Positions 34,481-44,255 of a stretch of DNA of 64,000 nt are shown here, piece after piece. The position numbers were made by a program, and so were the translations under genes. The stretch is from Mycoplasmatota bacterium. Lineage in GTDB: Bacteria > Bacillota_I > Bacilli_A > MAG-NZ. Where the stretch lies: assembly GCA_018394315.1 (NCBI GenBank), contig CP074575.1, forward strand, positions 930,001 through 994,000, read 5' to 3'. Every line of letters starts with the position of its first letter. Position 1 is the stretch's first letter. The notes under the pieces were generated by a model that saw only the letters and a list, made by a program, of their open reading frames with translations, had not been told where the DNA came from and made no database searches.

Positions 34481-35882
34481 AACTAAGGATAGAATTAAAG
34501 ATATAGTTACTGATTATAAATATGGGTTTAAAACTGAGACTAATTCTATATCAGATACGGGAAAAGGGGTATCTAGAGACGTTGTTAAACAAATATCAGA
34601 ACTAAAGAATGAACCTGAATGGATGAAAGAGATTCGGTTAAAGGCCTATGATTATTTTGTACAAGCCAAGAATCCTCAATATGGGCCTAACTTAGATGAT
34701 ATTGATTTTGATGAGTATACTTATTATATTAAGCCAAGTGAAAAAACGGAGAATTCATGGGATGAAGTCCCTGAAGAAATCAAGGATACTTTTGATAAAC
34801 TAGGAATACCAGAAGCAGAACAAAAATACTTAGCTGGTGTGTCTACACAATTTGAGTCTGAAGTTGTTTATCACAACACGATTAAAGAGTTAGAAGAACA
34901 AGGCGTGATTTTTTGTGATACAGATACTGCTTTAAGAGAGCATCCTGAATTATTAAAACAATACTGGGGGAAAGTAATTCCTGCTAATGATAATAAATAC
35001 GCTGCACTTAATACTGCGGTATGGTCTGGTGGATCTTTTATTTATGTTCCAAAAGGAGTAAAGATAGAAAAACCACTTCAGTCCTATTTCAGAATTAACT
35101 CTGAACAAATGGGCCAATTCGAAAGAACATTAATTATTGTTGATGAAGGTGCTAGTGTCCATTATGTTGAAGGGTGTACTGCTCCCTTATATTCAAAGGA
35201 AAGTCTACATGCTGCTGTTGTTGAAATCTTTGTGAAAGAGGGTGGATATTGCAGATATTCTACAGTTCAAAATTGGTCGGGTAACATTATAAACTTAGTT
35301 ACAAAACGCTCAAAAGTATATGCTAACGGACATATGGAGTGGATCGATGGTAATATTGGTTCTGGAAGAAATATGAAATATCCAGCTTGTCTATTAGTTG
35401 GTGAAGGCGCAAAAGGAACAACTGTTTCAATAGCTTTTGCTGGGAAAGATCAATACCAAGACACAGGAGCAAAAATGATTCACTTAGCTCCAAACACTTA
35501 TAGTAGTATTGTTTCTAAATCACTGTCTAGAGGTGGAGGAAAAGTTAACTACCGTGGTACAGTTAAACATGGTAAGAATGCATATGGCGCAAGGAGTAAT
35601 GTTGAGTGTGATACGATTATTTTAGATGATATTTCATCTAGTGATACAATACCACTAAACATTGCGCAAAATGATGAAGTAACTATTCAGCACGAAGCAA
35701 CAGTATCTAAAGTTTCAGATGAACAATTATTTTACTTAATGAGTAGAGGTTTATCAGAAGAAGAAGCTTTAGAGATGATTGTTATGGGATTCATTGAGCC
35801 GTTTGCCAAGGAGTTACCGATGGAATATGCAGTTGAATTAAATCAACTTATAAAGTTAGAAATGGAAGATTCAATAGGTTAA
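34473..35882 (+). CDS. sufB: Fe-S scaffold SufB
   Basis: [39 protein letters not shown]. Confidence 0.97.
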   Translation: MNKTKDRIKDIVTDYKYGFKTETNSISDTGKGVSRDVVKQISELKNEPEWMKEIRLKAYDYFVQAKNPQYGPNLDDIDFDEYTYYIKPSEKTENSWDEVPEEIKDTFDKLGIPEAEQKYLAGVSTQFESEVVYHNTIKELEEQGVIFCDTDTALREHPELLKQYWGKVIPANDNKYAALNTAVWSGGSFIYVPKGVKIEKPLQSYFRINSEQMGQFERTLIIVDEGASVHYVEGCTAPLYSKESLHAAVVEIFVKEGGYCRYSTVQNWSGNIINLVTKRSKVYANGHMEWIDGNIGSGRNMKYPACLLVGEGAKGTTVSIAFAGKDQYQDTGAKMIHLAPNTYSSIVSKSLSRGGGKVNYRGTVKHGKNAYGARSNVECDTIILDDISSSDTIPLNIAQNDEVTIQHEATVSKVSDEQLFYLMSRGLSEEEALEMIVMGFIEPFAKELPMEYAVELNQLIKLEMEDSIG

Positions 35883-35905
35883 GAGGATTTTAGGATCCTC
35901 TTTTT
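35881..35905 (+). terminator. intrinsic terminator
   Basis: AAGAGGAT...ATCCTCTTTTT. Confidence 0.7.
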
Positions 35906-35973
35906 ATGTATCAAATATGCGATTTAATCATAATAATTAATGATGGATATTATTATTCATCATGAGGTGAAAT

Positions 35974-36678
35974 ATGAATTATGAAGTGTATGGATCTGGG
36001 CAAGATGTGCTTTTATTACATGGGTGGTCACAAGACTTAAATAGTTTGAAAGGTATTGGAGATTTATTAAGTAGTAAGTATAAAGTATGGTTGCTTGATT
36101 TACCAGGATTTGGAGAAAGCAAGATAAATTACCCGTATGATTTAGACGATTATGTACTAGAGCTTAGGCATTTTATTAACACTAATAAGATTGAAAATCC
36201 AATTCTAATAGGTCATTCACATGGTGCAAGAATCGTTATAAAATATTCTGCGATTTATGAAGTAGAAAAAATCGTTTTAATAGACGCTGCTGGGATTGTT
36301 AGAAGAGGTCCGATTTATTACTATAAAGTATATTCTTATAAGTTGTTAAGAACATTGCTTAATTTACTTGGCCAAAAGAAGATGATAGAAAAGCTTAGAA
36401 AGAAAAGAAGTTCGAGTGATTATAATAATGCCAGTGTTATGCTAAGGGAAGTTTTAAAAAGGGTATATATTGACATTAGAGGTTATTTAAAGTTGATAAA
36501 AGCAGAAACATTGATAATTTGGGGAGAAAGTGACACCATTACACCTATAAAAGATGCGAAAATAATGAATAAGTTTATAGAACATTCTGGTTTGGTAATA
36601 ATACCTAATGCAGGACACTTTTCATTTTTAGATAGTCCTGTCATGTTTATGAAAATTTTAGAAAGTTATTTACTTTAA
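35974..36678 (+). CDS. alpha/beta hydrolase
   Basis: LLHGW, DLPGFG, GHSHG nucleophile elbow, WGESD, AGHF. Confidence 0.9.
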   Translation: MNYEVYGSGQDVLLLHGWSQDLNSLKGIGDLLSSKYKVWLLDLPGFGESKINYPYDLDDYVLELRHFINTNKIENPILIGHSHGARIVIKYSAIYEVEKIVLIDAAGIVRRGPIYYYKVYSYKLLRTLLNLLGQKKMIEKLRKKRSSSDYNNASVMLREVLKRVYIDIRGYLKLIKAETLIIWGESDTITPIKDAKIMNKFIEHSGLVIIPNAGHFSFLDSPVMFMKILESYLL

Positions 36679-36688
36679 GAGGTGAAAT

Positions 36689-38188
36689 ATGAATTACACA
36701 TTAATAGTAGTTTCTTTGTTTTTAATCTACAGAACTTATGATTCATTATATAAACTACAGTTAACCGGATATCACAGTCGTGATTATTTTAAATGGATTA
36801 AATCAAACTTCATTAGATATCATGAAATAGTTTTATATTTGACATTGCCATTCTTGATGTATACTGAGTATTTACTTATAAGACTAATAGTTTGTGGTTA
36901 CATACTATATATATTTATATCGAAAAAGAAGAATAGAAAAAAATTAATGTTGACACCAAGAATAGGAAGATTACTAATGATTAATATCATTCTATTTTCT
37001 GCTAGTGTTTTCTTACTCAACTATAAAACATCAATATTTAATGGGATATTCTTAATCTCAGTATTTAATTACATCATTACAATGATAAGTAATTACATCT
37101 TGTATCCGTTTGAAAAACATGTTCACACGAAATTTAAGAATGAAGCTATTAAAAAAATAAATGAGTCAGAAGTAGAGGTAATTGGAATAACAGGTAGTTA
37201 CGGGAAAACTACAGCGAAAGAATACTTGTATACACTACTGTGCAACTACTTCAAGGTTAGAAAGACACCTGATTCTTATAATACTCCTATGGGCATAAGT
37301 AAGACTGTAAACGAAAAGTTGAAGTTTAATGATGAAATATTCATTGCAGAAATGGGTGCAAGAAGAGTAGGAGAAATAGAAGAAATATCAAAAATGATTA
37401 GGCCAAAATATGGTGTACTTACCTGGGTTGGTGTACAACACTTAGAGACTTTTGAGAGTATAGAGTCAATAACTAAAACTAAGTTTGAATTAATCGAATC
37501 TCTTCCTGAGGATGGAGTTGGGTTCATAAATACTGATTGTGAGGCGATTAGAAATTATAAAATTCAAAATAGTTGTAAGATAGTTACATTTGGGTTAGAA
37601 GATGCTGACTACACTGCTAGGAGTGTTAGTTATACTCAATATGGAATGAAATTTGATGTTTACTTCAAAGATGAATTTTTGATTAGCCTTACTCCTAAAG
37701 TATTAGGAAAATATAATATATATAATATCTTAGCTGCGGTTGCAGTTAGTAGAGAATTAGGATTAACAGAGAACCAAATTGAAGTAATGACATATACATT
37801 ATCAACTGTTAAAAATAGATTAGAACTAAAGAGAAACGGTAGACTAACGATTATAAATGATACATATAACTCTAATCCTTTAGGATTTGAGATGGCTCTT
37901 GATGTACTAGAACTAATGGAAGGCGATAAGTACTTGATTACACCTGGAATGGTTGAATTAGGTAGCCAAGCAGAGATTGAGCATAGGAATCTAGCAACTA
38001 AAATTGATGAAACTTGTGATGTGGTTATCCTTACTAGTGAGAATGCTAAATACTTAGGAAAACACATTAACAACAATAATCTCTTTGCAGTTGAAAGTAT
38101 TACTGAAGCTATGAAGCTATTTAATAGAATTTATGATGGTAAAAGGGCAACTCTATTATTAGAGAACGACTTACCAGATAATTATTGA
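36689..38188 (+). CDS. Mur-ligase (MurF-like) with N-terminal membrane domain
   Basis: ~140-aa hydrophobic N-terminus; GITGSYGKTT, SYNTPMG, EMGAR, NDTYNSNP, GMVELG. Confidence 0.85.
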   Translation: MNYTLIVVSLFLIYRTYDSLYKLQLTGYHSRDYFKWIKSNFIRYHEIVLYLTLPFLMYTEYLLIRLIVCGYILYIFISKKKNRKKLMLTPRIGRLLMINIILFSASVFLLNYKTSIFNGIFLISVFNYIITMISNYILYPFEKHVHTKFKNEAIKKINESEVEVIGITGSYGKTTAKEYLYTLLCNYFKVRKTPDSYNTPMGISKTVNEKLKFNDEIFIAEMGARRVGEIEEISKMIRPKYGVLTWVGVQHLETFESIESITKTKFELIESLPEDGVGFINTDCEAIRNYKIQNSCKIVTFGLEDADYTARSVSYTQYGMKFDVYFKDEFLISLTPKVLGKYNIYNILAAVAVSRELGLTENQIEVMTYTLSTVKNRLELKRNGRLTIINDTYNSNPLGFEMALDVLELMEGDKYLITPGMVELGSQAEIEHRNLATKIDETCDVVILTSENAKYLGKHINNNNLFAVESITEAMKLFNRIYDGKRATLLLENDLPDNY

Positions 38189-38196
38189 GGGGGACT

Positions 38197-39228
38197 ATGA
38201 GAGTAGGAGTAATCTTTGGGGGACACTCTGTAGAACACGATATTTCAATAATATCGGCTGTTCAAGTTATGAATCAAATTAGATATCTTTGGGAAGTAGT
38301 TCCTATATATATATCTAAGAATAATGAGATATTTGTAAGTAAACAATTCTTTAGTATAGATGAATTTAAGAAAAATAAGAAAAGAGCAAAGTACCATTTC
38401 GTTAAAGGTGGAGTTAAAAGAATATTCAAAAAGAAATTGGATTTTGCATTTTCTGTTGTACATGGGAAAAATGTTGAAGATGGATCTATTAAAGCTCTGT
38501 TAGATTTCTATGAAATTCCAAGTAGTTCTAGTGGACTTATACCAAGTGCAATATGCCAGGATAAAATAATACTGAAGGATATTTTAAAGTTTAACGGTAT
38601 TGATGTTATAGATTATCGCTGGTTTTATAATTATGAATGGTTTAATAACTATAAGTCTGTTTTAAAAGAAATAGAAGAACTGGATTACCCAGTTGTGGTT
38701 AAACCTGCATCACTCGGGTCAAGCATTGCAATAAAGGTTTGTAACAATCAAGAAGAACTGATTGATGGAATTGTAGTAGCATTAAAATACGATGATAAAA
38801 TACTGATTGAGAGTTATATTGAAAAGGTCGAATATAACATTTCAGTTATGGGAAAAGGAGATAATGTAAGTGTAAGTGGAGTAGAAGAAATAAATGAAAA
38901 AATATATACTTTCGATAAAAAATATCAGAATAAATTCCAAAGAAATAAAATGGTTCAAGACGAAGAAATTCAAAAACTTGGAAGTAAAGTTTTTAAAATT
39001 TTGGGACTATCAGGAGTAATAAGAATAGACGTTTTTAAAGGAGATAAGTTATATATTAATGAGGTAAATACTATTCCTGGATCACTCAGCAATTATTTAT
39101 GGGATATCTCTAATGAGGAATTTTATAAGAAACTTATTTCAATTGGTTTAGAAGAAGATGAGTTAGTTAAATCATTTGAGTCGAGTGTACTTCAAAATCA
39201 ATCAAATAAAATGGGAAAGTTATTGTAA
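38197..39228 (+). CDS. D-Ala-D-Ala ligase family ATP-grasp enzyme
   Basis: FGG.SVEHDIS, HG..EDG, VKPA.LGSS, NEVNTIPG. Confidence 0.85.
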   Translation: MRVGVIFGGHSVEHDISIISAVQVMNQIRYLWEVVPIYISKNNEIFVSKQFFSIDEFKKNKKRAKYHFVKGGVKRIFKKKLDFAFSVVHGKNVEDGSIKALLDFYEIPSSSSGLIPSAICQDKIILKDILKFNGIDVIDYRWFYNYEWFNNYKSVLKEIEELDYPVVVKPASLGSSIAIKVCNNQEELIDGIVVALKYDDKILIESYIEKVEYNISVMGKGDNVSVSGVEEINEKIYTFDKKYQNKFQRNKMVQDEEIQKLGSKVFKILGLSGVIRIDVFKGDKLYINEVNTIPGSLSNYLWDISNEEFYKKLISIGLEEDELVKSFESSVLQNQSNKMGKLL

Positions 39229-39560
39229 GATAAATTTCCTTTTCTTATGGTTTTGCAATTTTAAAAAAGGAGGATTATCTGAGATAAACAAATAATAGAC
39301 ATTTACAAGCCTATTTCTAGTTTACTAGGATTCGGTTCTCTTCAGACTCAATATTGAGTTTGAAGAAACTGGTTCATTATTTTACTTTTTTGATTTGTAT
39401 ATTTTCGGGTTTGGTCAAAACATGTTAGAATTATATAAGTATATCTACTAGCTGGTAATATCGTTTCTTAGGGAATTAGCACAGGAACATGTGGAAAAAC
39501 AATTAATATAATGTGGGGTATTGGAGTTGATCCTTATCTACCATAATATCAGGAGGAAAA

Positions 39561-40025
39561 ATGAGAACAAACTTACTTCTTATTGTAATTATATGTATGC
39601 TTAGCGCTTGTTCATATTTAGAGGACGAAAGTTCTGTAGAGATAATAAAGAGGAGTCAAAACATTGTGGTCACTCTAGTACACAAAGAGACATACTCTGA
39701 GGAAGAGGATATACAATATGACCTTATTCTAGAATATATAGGAGAAGACAATCCAATAGAGCTTGAGTATGGTATAACAAGATTTGTAATTGAATCTAGT
39801 GAGGCAGGAGTGAATACATATATCATGGATAAGAGATGGTATAATAAGAAGCCTTTTCATGATAAAGTTGCTTCTCTGGATCAAGATAACTACTATAGGA
39901 CCGCAATTGATTGTCCCTTTGAAGTAGCACAAGCAGAGTATGAAGCAACTGTTACAATAGAAATTGTCATTAACTCGGAAATAGAAAGCTTTTCATTCTA
40001 TAAAATACCACTAAGAGTTCAATAA
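39561..40025 (+). CDS. hypothetical lipoprotein (beta-rich, Ig-like)
   Basis: RBS AGGAGG; lipobox LSAC; local similarity to the 48935 product. Confidence 0.7.
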   Translation: MRTNLLLIVIICMLSACSYLEDESSVEIIKRSQNIVVTLVHKETYSEEEDIQYDLILEYIGEDNPIELEYGITRFVIESSEAGVNTYIMDKRWYNKKPFHDKVASLDQDNYYRTAIDCPFEVAQAEYEATVTIEIVINSEIESFSFYKIPLRVQ

Positions 40026-40094
40026 AAATAATAGTTAAGGATATTTACTATTATGTCTAAAAGGGTATATACAATCAAAAAAGGAGTAAAAAAA

Positions 40095-40201
40095 TGAACT
40101 GCACCCCAAACTTGGAGGAAACTAACCAAGTAGGAAATGGGTGTAGTTTTTATATGCCAAGATATCAAGAAGTATTTAAAAAAGAGATAGCTAATAACTA
40201 G
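40095..40201 (+). mobile_element. IS3-family left-end remnant with 15-codon OrfA stump
   Basis: TGAACTGCACCCCAAA terminus with internal inverted partner GGGTGTAGTT, then MPRYQEVFKKEIANN* (40154-40201) resembling IS3 OrfA starts. Confidence 0.6.
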
Positions 40202-40547
40202 AAGATAACTCGACCAGTCTTTTATTTTCGTTGATCCGATTCTCCTAAGTCACCTCATAATGACTTACAAACTGTAGACAATTCTATCGTTCTTCTGTAT
40301 ATATTATTAATCAGTAGTGTTTAGATAATGAGCTTATGAACTATGTTAATGTATTTTATTTCTAGTAAATGTAGTGATATAAGGTTTTGAGGAGTTGGAA
40401 TAATGATAATTATCACTTCAGTTGTTGAATTTTTTTTCGCTACTTGTATAACCAATATCATATCTAGTTACTTCATAAAATATAATTATTTATTGATAAA
40501 ATAAATAATGATAAAATAAACATATAAAGAATAAGTGAGGTACTTTT

Positions 40548-41015
40548 ATGAAACGAGTAACAATACTCTTTTTAAAGATAGCTGTTATTATTATTGGAAT
40601 TCCGGTTATTGCTTTGTGTATATTTGGTTTGCCTTGGGTAGCTAATGAAGCAGCAGAAACTCATCAAGAGTTGGTCTGTTTTATATATTCTGGAATAATA
40701 GGTATTTATGTATCGGCGATATTTTTTTTCGTTGCATTGTATCAGGCTATAAGAATTTTAAGCTATATTGAGAAGAAGAAAGCTTACTCGGAATTATCTG
40801 TAAGATCATTAAAAAACATAAAATATTGTGCAATCACAATCAGTATCTAGTCAGTATTAGGCATGCCACTCTTTTACATCATAGCAGAGATAGACGATGC
40901 CCCAGGTATCATATTAATCGGATTGGTCTATACTTTTGGCTCAATTGTGGTTGCGGCCTTTGCTGATGTTCTTCAAAACATCTTTAAAGATGCTATAGAG
41001 ATGGATATCAAATAA
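40548..41015 (+). pseudogene. DUF2975/YoaS-like membrane protein with in-frame TAG
   Basis: frame continues past TAG 40848-40850 as SVLGMPLFYIIAEIDDAPGIILIGL...; AE.DDAPG is YoaS-like. Confidence 0.8.
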
Positions 41016-41244
41016 GAATTTAATAAACTTATACTGTGATAATTTTGCGCAATAAAATGTGCGGGTTCATCCGTACCATATATGGCTAACTAGAAGGTAA
41101 CAATACTTTTTTTACATGGATTCGATTATCCGCATCACAAATAATGCAACCTGGAAGAAAAGTCTTCAAGTTTTTTATTTCTAAGCTATGGTATAATCCT
41201 ATTGAATGAGAAAACTGAGAGACTAAGTAGATAGGGAGAAATAA

Positions 41245-42165
41245 ATGAATAGTAGTGATTTAGCAAAAATATTAACAACCTATAATATTACAGTAATAAA
41301 TTCTGAACGTCTAGAGTCTACAAATAATGTGTATAAGATTTGTGATTCTAATAACATGGTCTATATATTCAAAGAAATTAGGGATAAAGATAAACTTAAT
41401 CTTATTTTAACTATTTCTAATAAATTAAATAAACACGGAATAAATATATCAAAGCCTATTCCGAACAACAGTGGAAGGTATTATGTTGACGTTGAAGAAA
41501 AAATTTATTACTTGAGTAATTATATTGAGGGCGAAACACTCAGTCATGAGTTTATTAACAATAATGATTTCATTGTTGAAATATATGGCGAAGTTTTAGG
41601 TAGAATACATATGTCTTTGAATGAAATTATTAGCGAAGCTGATCATACTAGTTTAGTTAAGGATGTATTTGAGTGGGGTATACCTATAATTAAGAAAAAT
41701 AATCCTGGAGATAGTCTCTTTACTAAGATAGAGAGAAGATTAATCGTGGAGTTTAATTCTGTCGTCATTGGTTTTGATTATCAATATATTCACAGAGATT
41801 ATCATCCAGGAAATGTATTATTTCAGGATGGCAAATTCTCTGGAATCATCGACTTTGATATCAGTGTTAAAGGTATGAGGATATTTGATGTTTGTTACTT
41901 TCTAACAAGTACTTTGGCAGATATATTAAGTGACGAGGAAAAGATAAATAGATGGCTAGTTTATAAGAACAAGTTCTTAATGGGATATGAAAAAACAAAC
42001 AAACTACATCAATGCGAGAAAGATTCAATATGGTATATAATGCTTGGGATAGAAATTATATTCGCTGCATGGTTTTTCGAAAACAAAGATAATAAACGTG
42101 CTAACTATGCATTAGACATACTAAAATGGATTTATTTAAATGAGGAAAAGATTACTGCGACCTAG
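41245..42165 (+). CDS. APH/homoserine-kinase-II-like phosphotransferase
   Basis: HRDYHPGN Brenner motif, IIDFD, FDV. Confidence 0.85.
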   Translation: MNSSDLAKILTTYNITVINSERLESTNNVYKICDSNNMVYIFKEIRDKDKLNLILTISNKLNKHGINISKPIPNNSGRYYVDVEEKIYYLSNYIEGETLSHEFINNNDFIVEIYGEVLGRIHMSLNEIISEADHTSLVKDVFEWGIPIIKKNNPGDSLFTKIERRLIVEFNSVVIGFDYQYIHRDYHPGNVLFQDGKFSGIIDFDISVKGMRIFDVCYFLTSTLADILSDEEKINRWLVYKNKFLMGYEKTNKLHQCEKDSIWYIMLGIEIIFAAWFFENKDNKRANYALDILKWIYLNEEKITAT

Positions 42166-42291
42166 CATTAAAAAGAAATTTATTGAATTCATTGATTTAC
42201 AGGAGTGGGAAGTCTATAATACTGGTATACCTACTTTTTATTGCGTAGTAGAGGTTTTGAAGTATTCTTAAATAAATTTGGGAGGGTAAAT

Positions 42292-43296
42292 ATGTTAGAA
42301 AGAAAAGCTAGAGAGATAGATAAATTGTTAGTTGAATCGAATTTTAGTGGATCAGTATTAGTGGAAGTTGGAGATAATGTGATTTTATCTGAAGGTTATG
42401 GTATGGCTAATGTAGAACTGAGTGTTAAAAATACTAGAGAAACTAAATTTAGAATAGCTTCAATAACAAAACAGTTCACTGCTGCTGCTATTTTACAGTT
42501 AGTTGAGAAGAAGTTATTAAACTTAGATGATAAGCTCAGTAGTTATATTAAAGATTATCCAAATGGTGAAAATATTACGATTCATCATTTATTGACTCAC
42601 TCTTCAGGCATCAGCAACTTAAACTTGGAAGATGACTTTTGTGAAATTTTGAAGGAAGATAATCCACTTCTAGGACTAATCGATAAAGTGAAAGCTCAGC
42701 CTTTTGAATTTTCTCCAGGAGAAAAGTTTTCTTATTCAGCTTCGGGTTACTTAATTTTGAGTTACATTATTGAGACTGTTTCAAATAAGACTTATGATGA
42801 ATATTTGCAAGAAAATATATTTGACAAATTATCAATGAAAGATAGTGGTTATGATTTCTATAAACACATAATAAAAAATAGAGCTAGTGGTTATGAACTA
42901 GAAAATGATGAGCTAGTTAATAGCGATTTTGTTGATATGAGAATTGCTAGTGGAGGGGGAGCTTTATACTCTACTGTAGAGGACCTTCACAAGTGGAATG
43001 TATCCCTACTTGGTGAGAAAGTAGTTAATAAGGAATCATTAAAACTTATGTTCACTAATCACATTCAGATTAATCAGTATGTTCATTATGGATATGGGTT
43101 ATTCTTAGCCTTTGGTGAAATTTCAGGAAAAGATAGACATATGAATTATCATTCTGGTGGTGGTGCTGGATTTCGCTCAATTAATAGTGTTTATTTAGAT
43201 GATGACACGAAAGTTATAATTCTGAGTAATTTGAATGACAAAACGATATTTAACAAAGTTAGTTCTGGAATAGGTAATATAGTTTTATCTGATTAA
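42292..43296 (+). CDS. serine hydrolase (beta-lactamase/PBP-related family)
   Basis: FRIASITKQF (SxxK), LLTHSSG, F.PGEKFSYS, HSGG. Confidence 0.88.
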   Translation: MLERKAREIDKLLVESNFSGSVLVEVGDNVILSEGYGMANVELSVKNTRETKFRIASITKQFTAAAILQLVEKKLLNLDDKLSSYIKDYPNGENITIHHLLTHSSGISNLNLEDDFCEILKEDNPLLGLIDKVKAQPFEFSPGEKFSYSASGYLILSYIIETVSNKTYDEYLQENIFDKLSMKDSGYDFYKHIIKNRASGYELENDELVNSDFVDMRIASGGGALYSTVEDLHKWNVSLLGEKVVNKESLKLMFTNHIQINQYVHYGYGLFLAFGEISGKDRHMNYHSGGGAGFRSINSVYLDDDTKVIILSNLNDKTIFNKVSSGIGNIVLSD

Positions 43297-43378
43297 CATA
43301 AGCTGATATAAAGCAACTGATAGGATGAACGAAGTAGTAGAACACAAAGCAATCATAGAATGAAGACACTAGGAGGAA

Positions 43379-43930
43379 ATGATGAGGCAAGTTACGAAAT
43401 ACTTATATCAACTTGATAATGGTGAAAATATCGAAATTAGATTGTTAAAGTCAAGTGATTCGATTCAGCAACTAACAAGATTACTAAATAAATCATATAA
43501 GTCACTATATAATATGGGGCTTAAGTATGTTGCTGCAACACAAGATGATGATACTACAGTCAGGAGAGTACAAAAAGCATACAAGTGTTTTGTCGGTATT
43601 ATCAATGGGAAAATTGTTGCTACTATATCACTATACAAGCCGAGTCACTCTACAGCGTGCAAGTGGTATAGCCAAGACTTCGTTGCAAAATTTGGGCAAT
43701 TTGCTGTTTTGCCTGGGCTGCAGAAAATTGGTATTGGGAGAAAACTGATGAATATTGTTGAACATGAAGCAAGTAAGATTGCTAATGTTAAAGAACTAGC
43801 ACTTGACACAGCTGAGACTGCTTATCACTTGATTGATTATTATACTAAGAAAGGTTATATATATATTGAGACTGTAAGCTGGAGTCAAACTAATTATAGG
43901 AGTGTTATATTAAGTAAGGAAGTAATTTAA
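43379..43930 (+). CDS. GNAT N-acetyltransferase
   Basis: FAV.P..QK.GIG..L, LDTAE, YY.K.GY. Confidence 0.88.
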   Translation: MMRQVTKYLYQLDNGENIEIRLLKSSDSIQQLTRLLNKSYKSLYNMGLKYVAATQDDDTTVRRVQKAYKCFVGIINGKIVATISLYKPSHSTACKWYSQDFVAKFGQFAVLPGLQKIGIGRKLMNIVEHEASKIANVKELALDTAETAYHLIDYYTKKGYIYIETVSWSQTNYRSVILSKEVI

Positions 43931-44255
43931 TTTATATTAATATCTATCGAAACTTAAAGCATAGTACGACTAAAAAAAAAGCCGTATCATAAACAGTGAA
44001 GACAAGATGGTATGTGTATCAAAGTTAACTTCTTAAGTTACACATAGGCACCTTAAGTCGCCCCACTGAGACTTACGACTGGCTAGTTCTAGATGAATCA
44101 GTCATCTCATTTTGCTAGTGATATAATTATAAACAAGGGGCTGTATCGTTAATAATTGAGATTATAAGTAATTGTGGAAAAATAATACTATATTAAAATG
44201 ATTTGGATTCTTTGCAACACAACCATACTTTTTAATACAACAGGAGGAGGAATTT

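Noticed and set aside
38197..39228. Vancomycin-resistance-type D-Ala-D-Lac ligase
   Set aside because: The omega-loop appears to read ..KKY (Tyr, D-Ala-D-Ala type), and no vanH/vanX/vanRS genes are adjacent.
44135..44225. IS1182-like terminal inverted repeats (GGGGCTGT...GCAACAC)
   Set aside because: The match between the two ends is too poor to support a MITE.
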